NCBI RefSeq assembly: GCF_001194135.2
Contig: NC_069009.1
Span: forward strand, 961,643 to 1,025,619
Direction: 5' to 3'
Origin: Octopus bimaculoides
Taxonomy: Eukaryota
DNA: 63,977 nucleotides
Positions 1 to 12,827 of this stretch are shown one piece after another (the stretch's first letter is position 1; the number at the start of each line of letters is the position of its first letter). The position numbers and the translations under genes were made by a program. The notes beneath the pieces are model-generated. The model had not been told where the DNA came from. It saw only the letters and a list, made by a program, of their open reading frames with translations, and ran no database searches.

Positions 1-37
1 CATTATTTGAAAAAAACTGGTACAACAGAGAACCTCT

Positions 38-335
38 TCATCATCATCATCGTTTAACGTCCACTTTCCATGCTAGCATGGGTTGGACGATTTGACTGAG
101 GACTGGTGAAACCGGATGGCTACACCAGGCTCCAATCTGATCTGGCAGTGTTTCTACAGCTGGATGCCCTTCCTAACGCCAACAACTCCGAGAGTGTAGT
201 GGGTGCTTTTACGTGCCACCCGCACGAAGGCCAGTCAGGCGGTACTGGCAACGGTCACGCTCAAAATGGTGTATTTTATGTGCCACCCACACAAGAGCCA
301 GTCCAGGGGCACTGGCAACGATCTCGCTCAAAAGT
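38..335 (-). mobile_element. SINE 3' part with (CAT)n/(GAT)n tail and internal repeat unit
   Basis: CATCATCATCGTTTAACGTCC tail plus body GGATGCCCTTCCTAACGCCAAC. The same sequence recurs at about 35230-35420, 42540-43030 and 62365-63190. Confidence 0.8.
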
Positions 336-346
336 CCCGAAAATGA

Positions 347-1723
347 TTAAACCAAAGACATCACAGTGACCGGATTTTTCCCCTTATGAATGCGTTTGTG
401 TGTTTTAAGAGTACCCTTTTCAGAGAATGATTTATCACAGATATCGCACGTGTACGGCTTCTCTCCTGTATGAATTCGTTTGTGTATAGTCAAGTGTTCA
501 TTTCGAGAGAACGATTTGCCACAGATATCACAGTGAAATGGTTTCTCCCCTGTATGAATGCGCTTATGCTTAGTTAAGTGACTCCCATCGGAGAAAGATT
601 TACCACAGATATCACACTGATACGGTCTCTCTCCTGTGTGAATATGCATGTGTGTATTTAGTTTGCCTTTCTCAGCAAATGATTTACCACAGATCTCACA
701 GTGATATGGTTTCTCTCCTGTATGAATACGTCTGTGTGTAGTCAAGTTGCTGCTTTCAGAGAAGGATTTACCACAGATATCACAGTGATATGGATTTTCC
801 CCTGTATGAATGCGTTTATGTCTAATCAAATGATGATTGCGAAAGAACGACTTGCCACAGATATCGCACTGATATGGTTTCTCTCCTGTGTGAATGCGCT
901 TGTGTTTAGTCAAGCAGCCTCCGTCGGAAAACGATTTACCACAGACATCACAGTGATATGGTTTTTCTCCAGTATGGACACGTTTATGGATAGTTAGATG
1001 ACCAATTTGAGAGAATGAACTACCACAGATATCACAGCGATACGGTTTCCCTCCTGTATGGATGCGTTTGTGCGTAATCAAGGCATGACTATGAGAGAAT
1101 GACTTACCACAGACGTCACAGCGATATGGTTTCTCTCCGGTATGACTACGTTTGTGTGCTGATATTTTACCACTCTCGGAGAAAGATTTTCCGCAGATAT
1201 CACAATGATATGGTTTCTCTCCTGTATGGATGCGCCTATGTTTAGTTAAGTCTCCATTTTCACAGAACGATTTACCACAGATATCACAACAATATGGTTT
1301 TTCCCCTGTATGAGTTCGTCTGTGCCTAATTAAATTACTACTTCCAGAGAATGATTTTCCACAGATATCGCAATGGTAGGGTCTCTCTCCTGTATGAACA
1401 CGTTTGTGAGTAGTCAAGCTGCTATTCTGAGAGAACAATTTACCGCAGGTGTCACACTTATATGGTTTCTCACCTGTATGACTATGTTTGTGAGTAAGAA
1501 CTTTACCTTTCTCAGAGAATGACTTACCACAGATATCACAGTGATGTGGTTTCTCTCCTGTATGAATACGTTTGTGCGTAGTTAGGTTACCTTTCTGAGA
1601 GAATGATTTACTACAGATATCACAATAATGCAGCATCTCTTTCTTTATATCACAAGGAACGTCAATCCTTTTAGTCTGTCTTTTACGCTTAACCTTGTCA
1701 CTACACATTTCATATTCCATCAC
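347..1723 (-). CDS. C2H2 zinc-finger protein ZF1 (15 fingers, TGEKP linkers); true start uncertain
   Basis: 458-aa ORF of tandem CxxC...HxxxH repeats with HTGEKPY linkers. The C-terminus HKGKNPVTVMSLV is a frameshifted linker/finger. Confidence 0.93.
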   Translation of the reverse strand: MMEYEMCSDKVKRKRQTKRIDVPCDIKKEMLHYCDICSKSFSQKGNLTTHKRIHTGEKPHHCDICGKSFSEKGKVLTHKHSHTGEKPYKCDTCGKLFSQNSSLTTHKRVHTGERPYHCDICGKSFSGSSNLIRHRRTHTGEKPYCCDICGKSFCENGDLTKHRRIHTGEKPYHCDICGKSFSESGKISAHKRSHTGEKPYRCDVCGKSFSHSHALITHKRIHTGGKPYRCDICGSSFSQIGHLTIHKRVHTGEKPYHCDVCGKSFSDGGCLTKHKRIHTGEKPYQCDICGKSFFRNHHLIRHKRIHTGENPYHCDICGKSFSESSNLTTHRRIHTGEKPYHCEICGKSFAEKGKLNTHMHIHTGERPYQCDICGKSFSDGSHLTKHKRIHTGEKPFHCDICGKSFSRNEHLTIHKRIHTGEKPYTCDICDKSFSEKGTLKTHKRIHKGKNPVTVMSLV

Positions 1724-2636
1724 TTTTTTTCCTCGAACCTCAACACAGATATTTTCTTCCTTGCATTTTCACTGCTCTACTGTGACATGCTATTATCGTT
1801 GTCGGTATACAATAATGCTGGAAAACACTTCTGTAACCCAAGTCTAAATAAAACGAAAATTCCTTTGATAAATTATTTGGTGACATGTAAAACGCACCTG
1901 TTCTGACGACATGTTAAAAGCATCAAGTACACTCTGCGGAGTGGCTAACATTAAGAAGGGCATCCAGCTGTAAAGAGAATGATCTGCCAGAGGTGTCAGT
2001 CATATGGCTTGTTTCCTGCATTCGTACGGACTTAAAACACCTCTTTGTGTAAAATTTGCCCAAGTTTCACTCTTCACCACCCAGATTACTCTGTCAAATG
2101 CTTATCGCTTCACATTACTTCAAATTAATCGCGCATTCTATTTCAGTTTCGATATTTTGATCACGTGATGTTTATTTTGAGAACACTGTAGGCCAGGTAT
2201 GAGAGGCCACATCTGGCCAGTGTGAACAGAGAACCAGTAGAATGTTTGGACTAGATATGGCCAGTTTAAATGCAAAAAAAAAAGGCTAAGTTGAATCCTA
2301 TATAATTTTGTACATTTTCCAAATAGTGAATAAGACAGAAACGTTGCTATAACTCTCAATTCAGAAGAAATATTTCACAGTAATTCACCATAGATATATT
2401 ATATGAACAGTGTTATATCTGTTGTGTATAACATCTTCCTCTTGTGTTTAAAACCTGATCAATATTCATGATGTAAAAATTCCTTTATGCCTCAGACGTC
2501 TGATATTCTGAAATGATATAGAAACACTTGAAGCTATAGAAAATATATAAAAAGAGATTCAACAATAGAAACATTACTATATTTAAAAAGAATAAACTAG
2601 ATATGAACTTTTAACAGAATTAAATCTGAGCATGAT

Positions 2637-2805
2637 CGTTACCAGCGTGTTTACGTCCCCGTAACTTAGCGGTTCGGCAAAAAGAGACCGATACAAAAAG
2701 TACTAGGCTTCCAAAGAATAAGTCCTGGGGTCGATTAGCTCGACTAAAAAGGCGGTGCTCCAGCATGGCCGCAGTCAAATGACTGAAACAAGTAAAAGAG
2801 TAAAA
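2637..2805 (+). mobile_element. 3' half of the abundant tRNA-headed SINE
   Basis: GTGTTTACGTCCCCGTAACTTAGCGGTTCGGC...AAGTAAAAGAGTA, shared with copies at 40050-40260, 44135-44535, 49105-49500 and 55600-55795. Confidence 0.8.
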
Positions 2806-4664
2806 AGGCAATAAATTTAAGGGTTGGGGGGGGGGTACTCATGTCGAAGTTATGCCTCCTAAAATGTGTACCTGGGTACGCATGGTTAATGACAGTCTTA
2901 TAAATTAATTAAATTAATGACCACGATGGTATTTGCGATGCATTAATTTACACTCGTCTCTCTCCCAATCTGTACAGGATGGTTGGTACACCACCACAAC
3001 ACAAACATCTTTAAAATAACTTATAAAACAATTTCAAAATAAACTTTTAGCTTCATTGTAGAGTTTAGTCGAGTACTAACGAGGTTTTATTTTCATTTCA
3101 TTAAACAGACAGCAGTGTGTTTAACTTTCTGAATGTTAAAACGAAATATCGCCTTAATTATTAATTTAATTCAATCATTGACAGCAAATATAATTAATAT
3201 TGGCATCTCTAACCAGCAATATCAAAAGCTTTTCAATTACCGATGTTCCCCTTAATTTTAGTAGATAATCTGTAATATATATATATATATATATCTTACC
3301 TTTTTTTGGTAGTATTTACAGCAAAAGATCGTCTATATGAACAGCAATACATACAACATTACTCGTTGTTTAGGCGCGAAGCTATGGGAGGTAAGCACTT
3401 GACAACGGAAATTTTGAAAAACCGACTGGGAAATATGAACAACGAAAAGAACTAAGTTTCTGTACATAAGCTGAAAGATGTGGTTTAAGTACCCTGTATA
3501 ACATTTTTTTTTTCTTGGTGGTGGTGGAATTTCAGAAAACTTTTGCGAACTTGTGTTCTGCACACGGGAATTCATACAATTAGGCAAACAAAATCGTGGG
3601 TGATTTAAGAGCGATTTTGCTGTTATTTTTAGCACATCACTTTGACGTATTGCCGTTTTCCAATATTTTTCTCTGCCTTGCCGACTTGCGGAGATAAAGC
3701 TTGTCTATTGGTTCCATCACAAACGACCTTGATAATTTAGTAGGTTGACCTGACTACAAATCATTTTCTTACTATTGATCCGTAGACATTAAACAACTCC
3801 TTAATAAATAAATCTAGACCAACGGAGCCGCGCCCTCCTCTCATGTTAGAAATATAGATAATTGGGTCACTGGAGTCAGTTACTCTCCCCGCCCCCTAAA
3901 ACCTCTACTAACCCTTAAATTTCTCTGTTCTGATCAAGTGTGAAAGTAGACACAAGCCCCACGGTTATATTTTTCTATTATTTTTTCGTTTTTATTTTTT
4001 GTTCACCTATTACTTGTTCCAGTCATTAGACTGCGGCCATACTGGGGCACCACATTGAAGAATTTTTAGTTGAACGTATCGACCCCAGAATTTTTTTTTT
4101 CCCCTTTTACTCGTTTCAGTCATTGGACCAGCTTGAAGAAGTTTTGGTCGCAGAAAAATCAGCATTTTAAAATATATATTTAGAGTCTTTTGTTTTTTTT
4201 TCTCTCAGCACTTTCAAATTAATGAGAATAAGTTGAACTTTCTCTGGCCGTTGAAGGTCTAACAGAAACCTAGTCATTCTAACATACTTTCTTATCATTT
4301 ACCTAAATAGGGAGATGGGTGTTTCTCCATAAAAATGACAAATTCTGGTTTTTGTGATAAAGAGAAATAACCCAGAAATCGTGATATACAGATATTGCTT
4401 TGAGCTGAATGGTGGGGTGCTAGATTCCCTTGTTCGAAAATATAAGGACACAGATCATGTCGTATAGCCAGCTGGAGACGCTGTCTCCTAGGGCTAAATT
4501 ACAGTAACATTCGTCCTAAACCAGGACTGCCATGTTATGTTGGCAAAAATTTTTCCTCCAAAGTAGCGTTGCTGAATATAATATAAAAAAAATATACATG
4601 CATATATAAATATATATATATATATATACATACACACACACACACACATATATATATGACAGAC

Positions 4665-4820
4665 TTCTTTCAGTTTCTATCAACCAAATCCACTCACAAG
4701 ATTTTGGTCAGCCCGCAGCTAAAGTAGAAGACACTTGCCTAAGGAAGCCATGCAATGGGACTGAACCCTGAACCATGTGGTTAGGGAGCAAGCTTCTTAC
4801 CATACAGTCACACCTGTGCC
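4665..4820 (-). mobile_element. 5' (tRNA-like head) half of the same SINE
   Basis: Reverse strand reads GGCACAGGTGTGACTGTATGGTAAG...GGTTCAGTCCC (A/B-box-like), then AAGTGTCTTCTAC. Confidence 0.75.
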
Positions 4821-5311
4821 TATAATGAAGTATTCCCATTTATGGTGTGCGTATATATTTCTAGCATAATAACCTATAAGGTAATGTTATCACTGAAACA
4901 TGAAAAGACATCTGTCATACACACAACTGGACAAACATTAATAGTAATTTTTTATTCATTCAGAAAATATCTTAAATGGAATATATATGAATATTATGAA
5001 AGAACAGATTTTATTAAAAATATCAGAATGGTAGATATTGATAAGAAGATATAAAAAATATAGGGTTAGCAACTTGTTAGAACATGCTGTTATACATTTA
5101 TTGTTGTATAAGACATTCCTTTCAACAAATGACTTTTGATATTAATACAGTCACTTGAGAAATATAGATGTAGTTAATTGTCTTTTTTGAGAGGATATAC
5201 CACAGAATCAGTTACATGGTTTCTCTTCCATATGAATGTGTCTGTGTTTATCTTAGAGATTTATTTGAGAGAAAGGTTCACCACAGATGCCACAATGACA
5301 TGGTTTCTCTC

Positions 5312-6691
5312 CTAATGAATGAGTCTGTGAGTAGTCAAGTGATCTATTTCAAAGAATGATTCACCACAGACATCACAACGATGTGATTTCACTCCTGAAT
5401 GAACACATTTGTGTCTACTTAAATGTCCCTTTTGAGTGAATGATTTACTGCAGATATCACAGTGATATGGCTTCTCACCTGTATGGATAAGCTTGTGTTT
5501 AGTTAAGCTAACTTTTATAGAGAATGATTTACCACAGATATCACAGTGATATGGTTTCTCTCCTGTATGAGTACGTTTATGTACAGTTACATTACTTTTT
5601 TGAGCGAATGATTTACTACAGATATCACATTGATATGGCTTCTCTCCTGTATGAGTAAGTTTGTGTGTAGCTAACTTATCTCTCACAGAGAATAATTTAC
5701 CACAGATATCACACTGAAAAGGTCTCTCGCCTGTATGAATAAGTTGGTGAGTAGTTAAGTCACTGTTTCGAGAGAATGATTTACTACAGATATTGCAATG
5801 ATATGGTTTCTCTCCTGTATGAATACGTTTATGTACAGTTACAGCACTTCTGTGAACGAATGATTTACCACATATATCACAATCATATGGCTTCTCTCCT
5901 GTATGAGTAAGTTTGTGTGCAGCTAAGTTAACTCTCACAGAAAATGATTTACCACAGATGTCACAGTCATATGGTTTCTCTCCTGTATGAATACGTTTAT
6001 GTACAGTTACAGCACTGCTTTGAGTGAATGATTTACCACAAATATCACAATGATATGGCTTCTCTCCTGTATGAGTAAGTATGTGTGTAGTTAAAGTTGC
6101 TTTTAGGGAGAATGCTTTCCCACAAGTATCACAGCAATATGGCTTCTCTCCTGTATGAATACGTATGTGTTTAGCTAAGTTAACTTTCACAGAGAATGAT
6201 TTATCACATATATCACAATGATATGGCTTCTCTCCTGTATGAGTAAGTTTGTGTGTCGATAAATGCTGCTTTTGGGAGAATGATTTTCCACAAATATCAC
6301 AGTGATGCAGCTTCTCTTCTGTATGAATACGTTTGTGAAGAGTAACTTTACTACTTTTAGAGAATGGTTTACCACAGCTATCATAATGATACAGGTTCAC
6401 TCCTGAATGAACATGTTTGTGTACAGTTAGGCTGCTTTTGTGAGTAAATGATTTACCACAGACATCACAGCGATATGGTGGCTCTCCAATATGAATGAGT
6501 TTATGAATATCCAATGCATTATTTGTAGAGAATGATTTACCACAGATATCACAATGATATAGTTTTTGTCCCATGTGAATATTTCTGTGAATAGTTAGGT
6601 TACCTTTTTTAGAGAATGATTTTTCACAGATATCACAGTGGTATACAGATTTTCCTCTTTCTTTGGGCATCTCTGCAGGTAAAACTAACAA
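5312..6691 (-). CDS. C2H2 zinc-finger protein ZF2 (16 fingers, one degenerate); start uncertain
   Basis: 459-aa ORF of C2H2 repeats ending [12 protein letters not shown]. The ORF start is a non-ATG codon; an in-frame ATG (MPKERGKS) lies just inside. Confidence 0.92.
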   Translation of the reverse strand: MLVLPAEMPKERGKSVYHCDICEKSFSKKGNLTIHRNIHMGQKLYHCDICGKSFSTNNALDIHKLIHIGEPPYRCDVCGKSFTHKSSLTVHKHVHSGVNLYHYDSCGKPFSKSSKVTLHKRIHTEEKLHHCDICGKSFSQKQHLSTHKLTHTGEKPYHCDICDKSFSVKVNLAKHIRIHTGEKPYCCDTCGKAFSLKATLTTHILTHTGEKPYHCDICGKSFTQSSAVTVHKRIHTGEKPYDCDICGKSFSVRVNLAAHKLTHTGEKPYDCDICGKSFVHRSAVTVHKRIHTGEKPYHCNICSKSFSRNSDLTTHQLIHTGERPFQCDICGKLFSVRDKLATHKLTHTGEKPYQCDICSKSFAQKSNVTVHKRTHTGEKPYHCDICGKSFSIKVSLTKHKLIHTGEKPYHCDICSKSFTQKGHLSRHKCVHSGVKSHRCDVCGESFFEIDHLTTHRLIH

Positions 6692-7554
6692 AACTCAAAG
6701 TTTCTCACACAATTCCTCTTTCTGTAATTTTTTTCTTCAACAAAATGTCTGGAAATTTTCTTTCTTCTTGTTTTTATATTTTATTCCTAACAAATATTAC
6801 AACTGCTATATTATTATCAAATATAAGCTTTACTGATATCTTTAAGATGTTGCAAACGTCTTTACAAATTTATCCAAGTTTATTCAGAATTCAAATTTNN
6901 NNNNNNNNNNNNNNNNNNNNNNNNNNNNNNNNNNNNNNNNNNNNNNNNNNNNNNNNNNNNNNNNNNNNNNNNNNNNNNNNNNNNNNNNNNNNNNNNNNNN
7001 NNNNNNNNNNNNNNNNNNNNNNNNNNNNNNNNNNNNNNNNNNNNNNNNNNNNNNNNNNNNNNNNNNNNNNNNNNNNNNNNNNNNNNNNNNNNNNNNNNNN
7101 NNNNNNNNNNNNNNNNNNNNNNNNNNNNNNNNNNNNNNNNNNNNNNNNNNNNNNNNNNNNNNNNNNNNNNNNNNNNNNNNNNNNNNNNNNCTGATATTCT
7201 GAAATGATAGAGAAACAACAGTTTAAGATAGAGTGTAGCATTGGTTATGACAAAGACTTGGTGTTCATTTATATACAACATTTATTACTAAATTTTTAAC
7301 AAGGCTTCATGAAAATCAAGAGTCCATCTTATATGGACATTGTATTTGAGAGGAGTTGAAGGTCTTCAACACAATTTTTGTCCTTGAGTAGCAATTGTTA
7401 TTTCCTAGAAAGTATGAAAAGTAGCTAATATCTCCTTCAAACTTTTCTTTTGTAATGATATTTATTCAAACCGCAAATAATCCCTCTAAACACATAACTA
7501 TGGCACTCCCCCACTACTCTCTTGCTCGTTATCATAGATTGTTAGTCACTAAGG

Positions 7555-7700
7555 GATATGCCATTTTTGTCCATAGCCTTCACGAAATTCTTCATTAAAT
7601 CAAACTTGATATGTTGAAAGGAAGAAGTACCTTTTTTCATGTCACCCGAAGACTTTCTTGGACACTGTGTTCACCAGGAACGAAAGTGCTCCCAGATCCG
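7555..7700 (-). mobile_element. Degenerate DNA-transposase fragment (family not assigned)
   Basis: Minus strand reads PGEHSVQESL...KVLLP/(frameshift)HIKFDLMKNFVKAMDKNG, resembling the LPPLHIKLGLMKNFVKAM motif I recall from invertebrate transposon-derived ORFs. Confidence 0.55.
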
Positions 7701-8235
7701 CAATCGTGAAATGTAATTACAAAAACCCTTAAATCACACAATTCACATATTTTTTTTTGTTTGCATAGTCGTATATAAATTCCCGTGTGTAGAACACAAA
7801 TTCGCAAAGAATTTCTGAAAGTTTTTTTTAAAAAGAAGGCAGTTACGAGAGGTTATATGGCGTGCTTAAACCAGAATTTCGCCATTCCAATTTTTAAAGT
7901 TCGCATTTACTTTACGTTATGTGAGACCCTTACGTATATGGATTAAAACAATTTTTATCTGTTCTATAACACAAAATATACAAGTATACGAAGTTTGAAA
8001 GTGTTTCGGTACCAAAAACACGACATAAAACATAAATGAAAAGTGTTGCTCATCAATTCAGAAGGATCCACTTTGTTTACTTCCGGTTTTGAAGACAAAC
8101 CTATTTAAACTAATTTTATAATAAATTTTAATTAATTCTGATATAATTAACGCGGCCTTCATTCGTTTCGGCTCGACGAAGCCAAAACAAAAAGTCGCTT
8201 GTTTCCGTGACAACTCGACAATTCACTTCGGATAT

Positions 8236-8905
8236 CTTCGTGACCTCCGTTCTTGTCTGTGCGTGTGTGTTCGCTTGTTGTTGCCTCTGTGTCTGTGTGT
8301 CCGTACCGCTTTTTGTGTCTGTGTCTGTGTGCGTGCTTGTTCTTGCCTCTGTGTCTGCGTGTGTGCTTAATCTAGCCTCTGTGTCTGTGTGTCCGTACCG
8401 CTTTTTGCCTCTGTGTCTGTGTGCGTGCTTGTTCTTGCCTCTGTGTCTGCGTGTGCGTGTGTGCTTAATCTAGCCTCTGTGTCTGTGTGTCCGNNNNNNN
8501 NNNNNNNNNNNNNNNNNNNNNNNNNNNNNNNNNNNNNNNNNNNNNNNNNNNNNNNNNNNNNNNNNNNNNNNNNNNNNNNNNNNNNNNNNNNNNNNNNNNN
8601 NNNNNNNNNNNNNNNNNNNNNTCTGTGTCTGTGTGCGTGCTTGTTCTTGCCTCTGTGTCTGCGTGTGTGCTTAATCTAGCCTCTGTGTCTGTGTGTCCGT
8701 TCCTGTTCTTGCCTCTGTGTCTGCGCGTGCGTGTGTGCTTAATCTAGCCTCTGTGTCTGTGTGTCCGTGCTGCTTTTTGCCTCTGTGTCTGTGTGTCCGT
8801 TCCTGTTCTTGCCTCTGTGTCTCCCTGTGCGTGTGTGCTTTTCTGGCCTCTGTCTCCCTGTGCGTGTGTGCTTTTCTGGCCTCTGTGTCTGTGTGTCCGT
8901 GCCGC
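8236..8905. repeat. GT/CT-rich minisatellite, about 30-bp subunits forming an about 92-bp trimeric higher-order unit; spans a gap
   Basis: Subunits CTCTGTGTCTGTGTGTCCGTACCGCTTTTTGC / CTCTGTGTCTGTGTGCGTGCTTGTTCTTGC / CTCTGTGTCTGCGTGTGTGCTTAATCTAGC repeat in order. Confidence 0.9.
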
Positions 8906-10029
8906 TTTTTGCCCGTCAATTCAGAAAGATCCAAAACAACGATTATTTTCTTCCCTCCGATAACTTACTGAACACATAAAAATAAAAGTTGATGTGAATA
9001 ATACCGACACATTTATAAAAAAATCTACTGTACAGAGTGACGTCATAATGAGAACTTCAGCCAAGGTAGACAATGACAGAATATTTATAACACTTACGTA
9101 TTATATAATAGACCCAATGTGGAGGAGGAAGATATCACAATAAATCCAAAGTGGACAAAGATAGTAAACAGGTAATATAGAGATCCAGCGAGGAAGAATT
9201 CGCAAGTCAGAACTTAAGCCAAGGTAAACAATGACAGCTTCGTAAGAACTTCTAGGTTTTACTATGAACGTTATATTTTTAAGATCAACGTAACAAAGAA
9301 TGCAGTAGATAATTTCTTGACATAGTTAATAAGCAATCATGTCTATTAAATTAAATCTCAGCTAATTATCTGTTAAATGGATGTGGCAGGTAATGTAGAC
9401 GAGGATCCACCAACCGCACGGAATAAAGGAAGAGAAATATTGCGGAAGGTCAAAGGTTGTCAGGGGGAAGTAACTCTACATTTAACCTGGATTATTTAGA
9501 GTTCAGTTAGTATATCAGTTACGTGTGGTGGTCCTACATGTAACTGGGAAGGAAATAGACCAAATGATGATTATTTTTCAACATAGTCACCCCGCCCACC
9601 CCTGTGTTCCTACCCTCGAAGCTGCAGTCTTTGCATTCCATTGGTGAAGAGCTTTTATCCTACTTCGTCGTTACTGCAATACTAGTTCCCAGGTGTTTTT
9701 TTACTTTCATGTTGGGCTGGGCCGTCGAGGCCCTAAGCACTTTTGGTGCTTCCATAAAAGATTATGTAATCCAAAATATAAACAATATTAAACGATAAAA
9801 TAAAACTTTTTTTTTTTTGAAAAAAGCGAAATAAAATAGTAAGTGGGAAAATAATGTTTATTTCCACTTTATTAATATTTGAAAAGTTTACTCCTACTTT
9901 TTTTGAAGTGCAAAGTCTCTGATCAGATCCACATAATGAATCTCCTCTGAGGCACAAGTCAGGGCAAGGTCGTTTATAGGACATCAGTCACCCATGCATA
10001 CTAGCTTCCCCTCCCCACACCACCAATGT

Positions 10030-10215
10030 TGTCCTAGGGAATGGCAAAGGCCACTACAGCTTGGCCTCGGTGACATTGCAGCTTATTTCTGCAGCTGAGT
10101 GAACTGGAGCAACATGTAATAGAGTATCTTGCTCAAGAACACAATACATAGCTTGGTATGGGAATTGAACTCACTACCTCATAATTGTGAGCCCAATGCA
10201 CTAAGCCATATGCCT
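10030..10215 (-). mobile_element. tRNA-headed SINE, second family (TGTGTTCTTGAGCAAG core)
   Basis: Similar to 57005-57125 (+) and 57820-57985 (-). Confidence 0.7.
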
Positions 10216-11669
10216 TCACATACATGTATATGTGAAGGAGCATAGCTTCATATATATATATATATATATTTGACAGGAAGGACAACAAAAGAAAGAAAGA
10301 GACCTTGATATGTAAATAGAGGAATTTATCTGTAAAAATATGTGACACTTATTCAGTAGCCATGATAGAACTCCGAGTTTNNNNNNNNNNNNNNNNNNNN
10401 NNNNNNNNNNNNNNNNNNNNNNNNNNNNNNNNNNNNNNNNNNNNNNNNNNNNNNNNNNNNNNNNNNNNNNNNNNNNNNNNNNNNNNNNNNNNNNNNNNNN
10501 NNNNNNNNNNNNNNNNNNNNNNNNNNNNNNNNNNNNNNNNNNNNNNNNNNNNNNNNNNNNNNNNNNNNNNNNNNNNNNNNNNNNNNNNNNNNNNNNNNNN
10601 NNNNNNNNNNTCACATACATGTATATGTGAAGGAGCATAGCTTCATATATATATATATATATATTGTGCCACTCCCTGTAAGAGGCATCTGTGCTAGTTC
10701 ATGTAAAAAACACACATGCCGATCCATGTGGTTATTCGACTTATCCCCTTCCCCTGAAATTGCTGGCCTTGTGCCAAAATAATTTCAGAGACAATAATGC
10801 CTTGATATATGAGTTAATCTAATCCTGGAGACTGCTCCTAAAGTGAAAACTCATTAAGCAAAGCAATAATTTCCCATAGAAGCAATGTTATAAATTGTAA
10901 TTCATTCCCAGAAAACTATTTTACCTCTAAAATTTATAATACTTGTAAATAAATGACAATAAAACAACAGAAGAATGTAAAGAATATTTTATTTAAAGTA
11001 AAAACAATGTTCAGAGCATTTATAAGAAAAACAAATATTATTTATAATTGTTTTCTGAATCACTTTCACTCACACTAGACTTGCACATCACTTGATCATT
11101 TATAAGAATATTATTATTATTCCACATCATCACAGATCATTTATAAGAATATTATTATTCTAATTGTTTTTGCGTGGATTTTCCTGCATTTTATATTTTT
11201 CACTATATATGTGTGTGTGTGTGTATGAAAAAGTTGAATTATATTTCATCCTTTAATTTGGAGGATTCCAGAAAATGATTTCTAATATAGATTCTTCATA
11301 TTTTGCTGGTGTAAGTTTGCGAATATGAAAATAATACTTGTATATGGTGTGTTGTGTAAACTTATGGAAAGGAATCCCATAGAACTCAACAAATTTGTTA
11401 AAAGTGGAGAAGAGAATATGTTAAAATTTAAGAGAATTTTAATTCACGCATATGATCGTTTCAAACAGCGATATTAAAATCATGCAAATTTATGGTTGCG
11501 GAAGGTGGTCTCATTCACTTCTCCTCCACTTATGTCGTCCGATGAAGCGACGGTACTGCGAACATCCAAGACGTGACGTGGCATTCCATCCACAGAAATG
11601 TAAGGATGACCCTGGTCTCCCTTTCGTCTCTCACACATCAAAGGGTGGACATGGAAATAATTATGACAG

Positions 11670-12827
11670 TCACTGGTATTGTTTCTTTCTCATATGACTG
11701 CGCTTGTGAGTACTAAAGCTGCTTCTATGAGCAAATGATTTACCGCAGATATCACAATGATATGGCTTCTCACCTGTGTGAGTACGCGTGTGAGTACCAA
11801 AGCTGCTTCTATGAGCAAATGATTTACCGCAGATATCACAATGATATGGCTTCTCACCTGTGTGAGTACGCTTGTGATCAATCAAAGTACCATATCCAGA
11901 GAATGATTTACCACAGGTATCACAGCAATATGGCTTCTCTCCTGTATGAACACGTTTGTGAATAGTTACGTGACTAGATGAAGAGAATGATTTCCCACAG
12001 ATTTCACACTGATATGGGTCCTCGCCTGAATGAATGCCTTTATGAACAGTTAAGGCACGTCCATAATAGAATGATTTACCACAGATATCGCAATTATATG
12101 GTTTCTCTCCTGTATGAATGTATTTGTGTCTATTTAGGTAACTATTTTCATAGAATGATTTACCACAGATATCACAGCGATATGGCTTTTCTCCTGTATG
12201 AATGCGTTCGTGAGTAGTCAAATGATAAATATCATGAAATGATTTACCACAGAGGTCACAGTGTAGATATTTTCCTCTTATGTGAAGCTGTTTGTGTGTC
12301 GTTAAATTAGAAGCTTGCGAGAATGACTTACCACAGATATCACAGAAATAGGGCGTCTCACCTGTATGAATACGTCGGTGAGTAGTCAAGTTACCTCTCC
12401 GAGTGAACGACTTACCACAGATATCACAGTTATGTGGTTTTTCACCTGTATGAATACGTTGGTGACGGACTAAGTCATTTTTTCCATTGAATAATTTACC
12501 ACAGCTATCACAATGATATGGCTTCTCTCCCGTATGAATACGTCGGTGAGTGCCTAAGCTACCTTTCTGAGTTAATATTTTACCACAGATATCACATTCA
12601 AATGTTGTTTTGCCCTTTTCATTCTTTACATCATTAGAAAAATCAATTTTTTCAGCTTGTTTTTTACATTCATCTTCACACCTATATAATTCATTTTCCA
12701 TAATCTTCCTTTCTCTTGTCACAGTACACAAATATTTTCCTTCCTTTTGTATATTGCTCTTAACAAATATTTCTACTGATATATCTCCGTCATTAATAAT
12801 CTTCGTTAATATCTGAAGATGCTGCAA
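11670..12827 (-). CDS. C2H2 zinc-finger protein ZF3 (11 fingers); likely start MENELY at 12701
   Basis: 385-aa ORF. The acidic/basic leader [27 protein letters not shown] is shared with ZF4 and ZF5. Confidence 0.92.
   Translation of the reverse strand: MQHLQILTKIINDGDISVEIFVKSNIQKEGKYLCTVTRERKIMENELYRCEDECKKQAEKIDFSNDVKNEKGKTTFECDICGKILTQKGSLGTHRRIHTGEKPYHCDSCGKLFNGKNDLVRHQRIHTGEKPHNCDICGKSFTRRGNLTTHRRIHTGETPYFCDICGKSFSQASNLTTHKQLHIRGKYLHCDLCGKSFHDIYHLTTHERIHTGEKPYRCDICGKSFYENSYLNRHKYIHTGEKPYNCDICGKSFYYGRALTVHKGIHSGEDPYQCEICGKSFSSSSHVTIHKRVHTGEKPYCCDTCGKSFSGYGTLIDHKRTHTGEKPYHCDICGKSFAHRSSFGTHTRTHTGEKPYHCDICGKSFAHRSSFSTHKRSHMRKKQYQ

Noticed and set aside
106-369. Recurrent ORF MKPDGYTRLQSDLA(V/E)FLQLDALPNAN (also 42582-42980, 62439-62720, 62840-63121) looking like a gene family
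   Set aside because: It is the reverse reading of a high-copy SINE body; no splice or codon evidence.
701-997. ORFs antisense to ZF and histone genes ([16 protein letters not shown] types; 20076-20444, 20681-21064)
   Set aside because: Shadow frames produced by the repetitive coding sequence on the other strand.
8671-8979. His/Thr/Arg- or Cys/Val-rich repetitive ORFs
   Set aside because: Translations of the GT-rich minisatellite.
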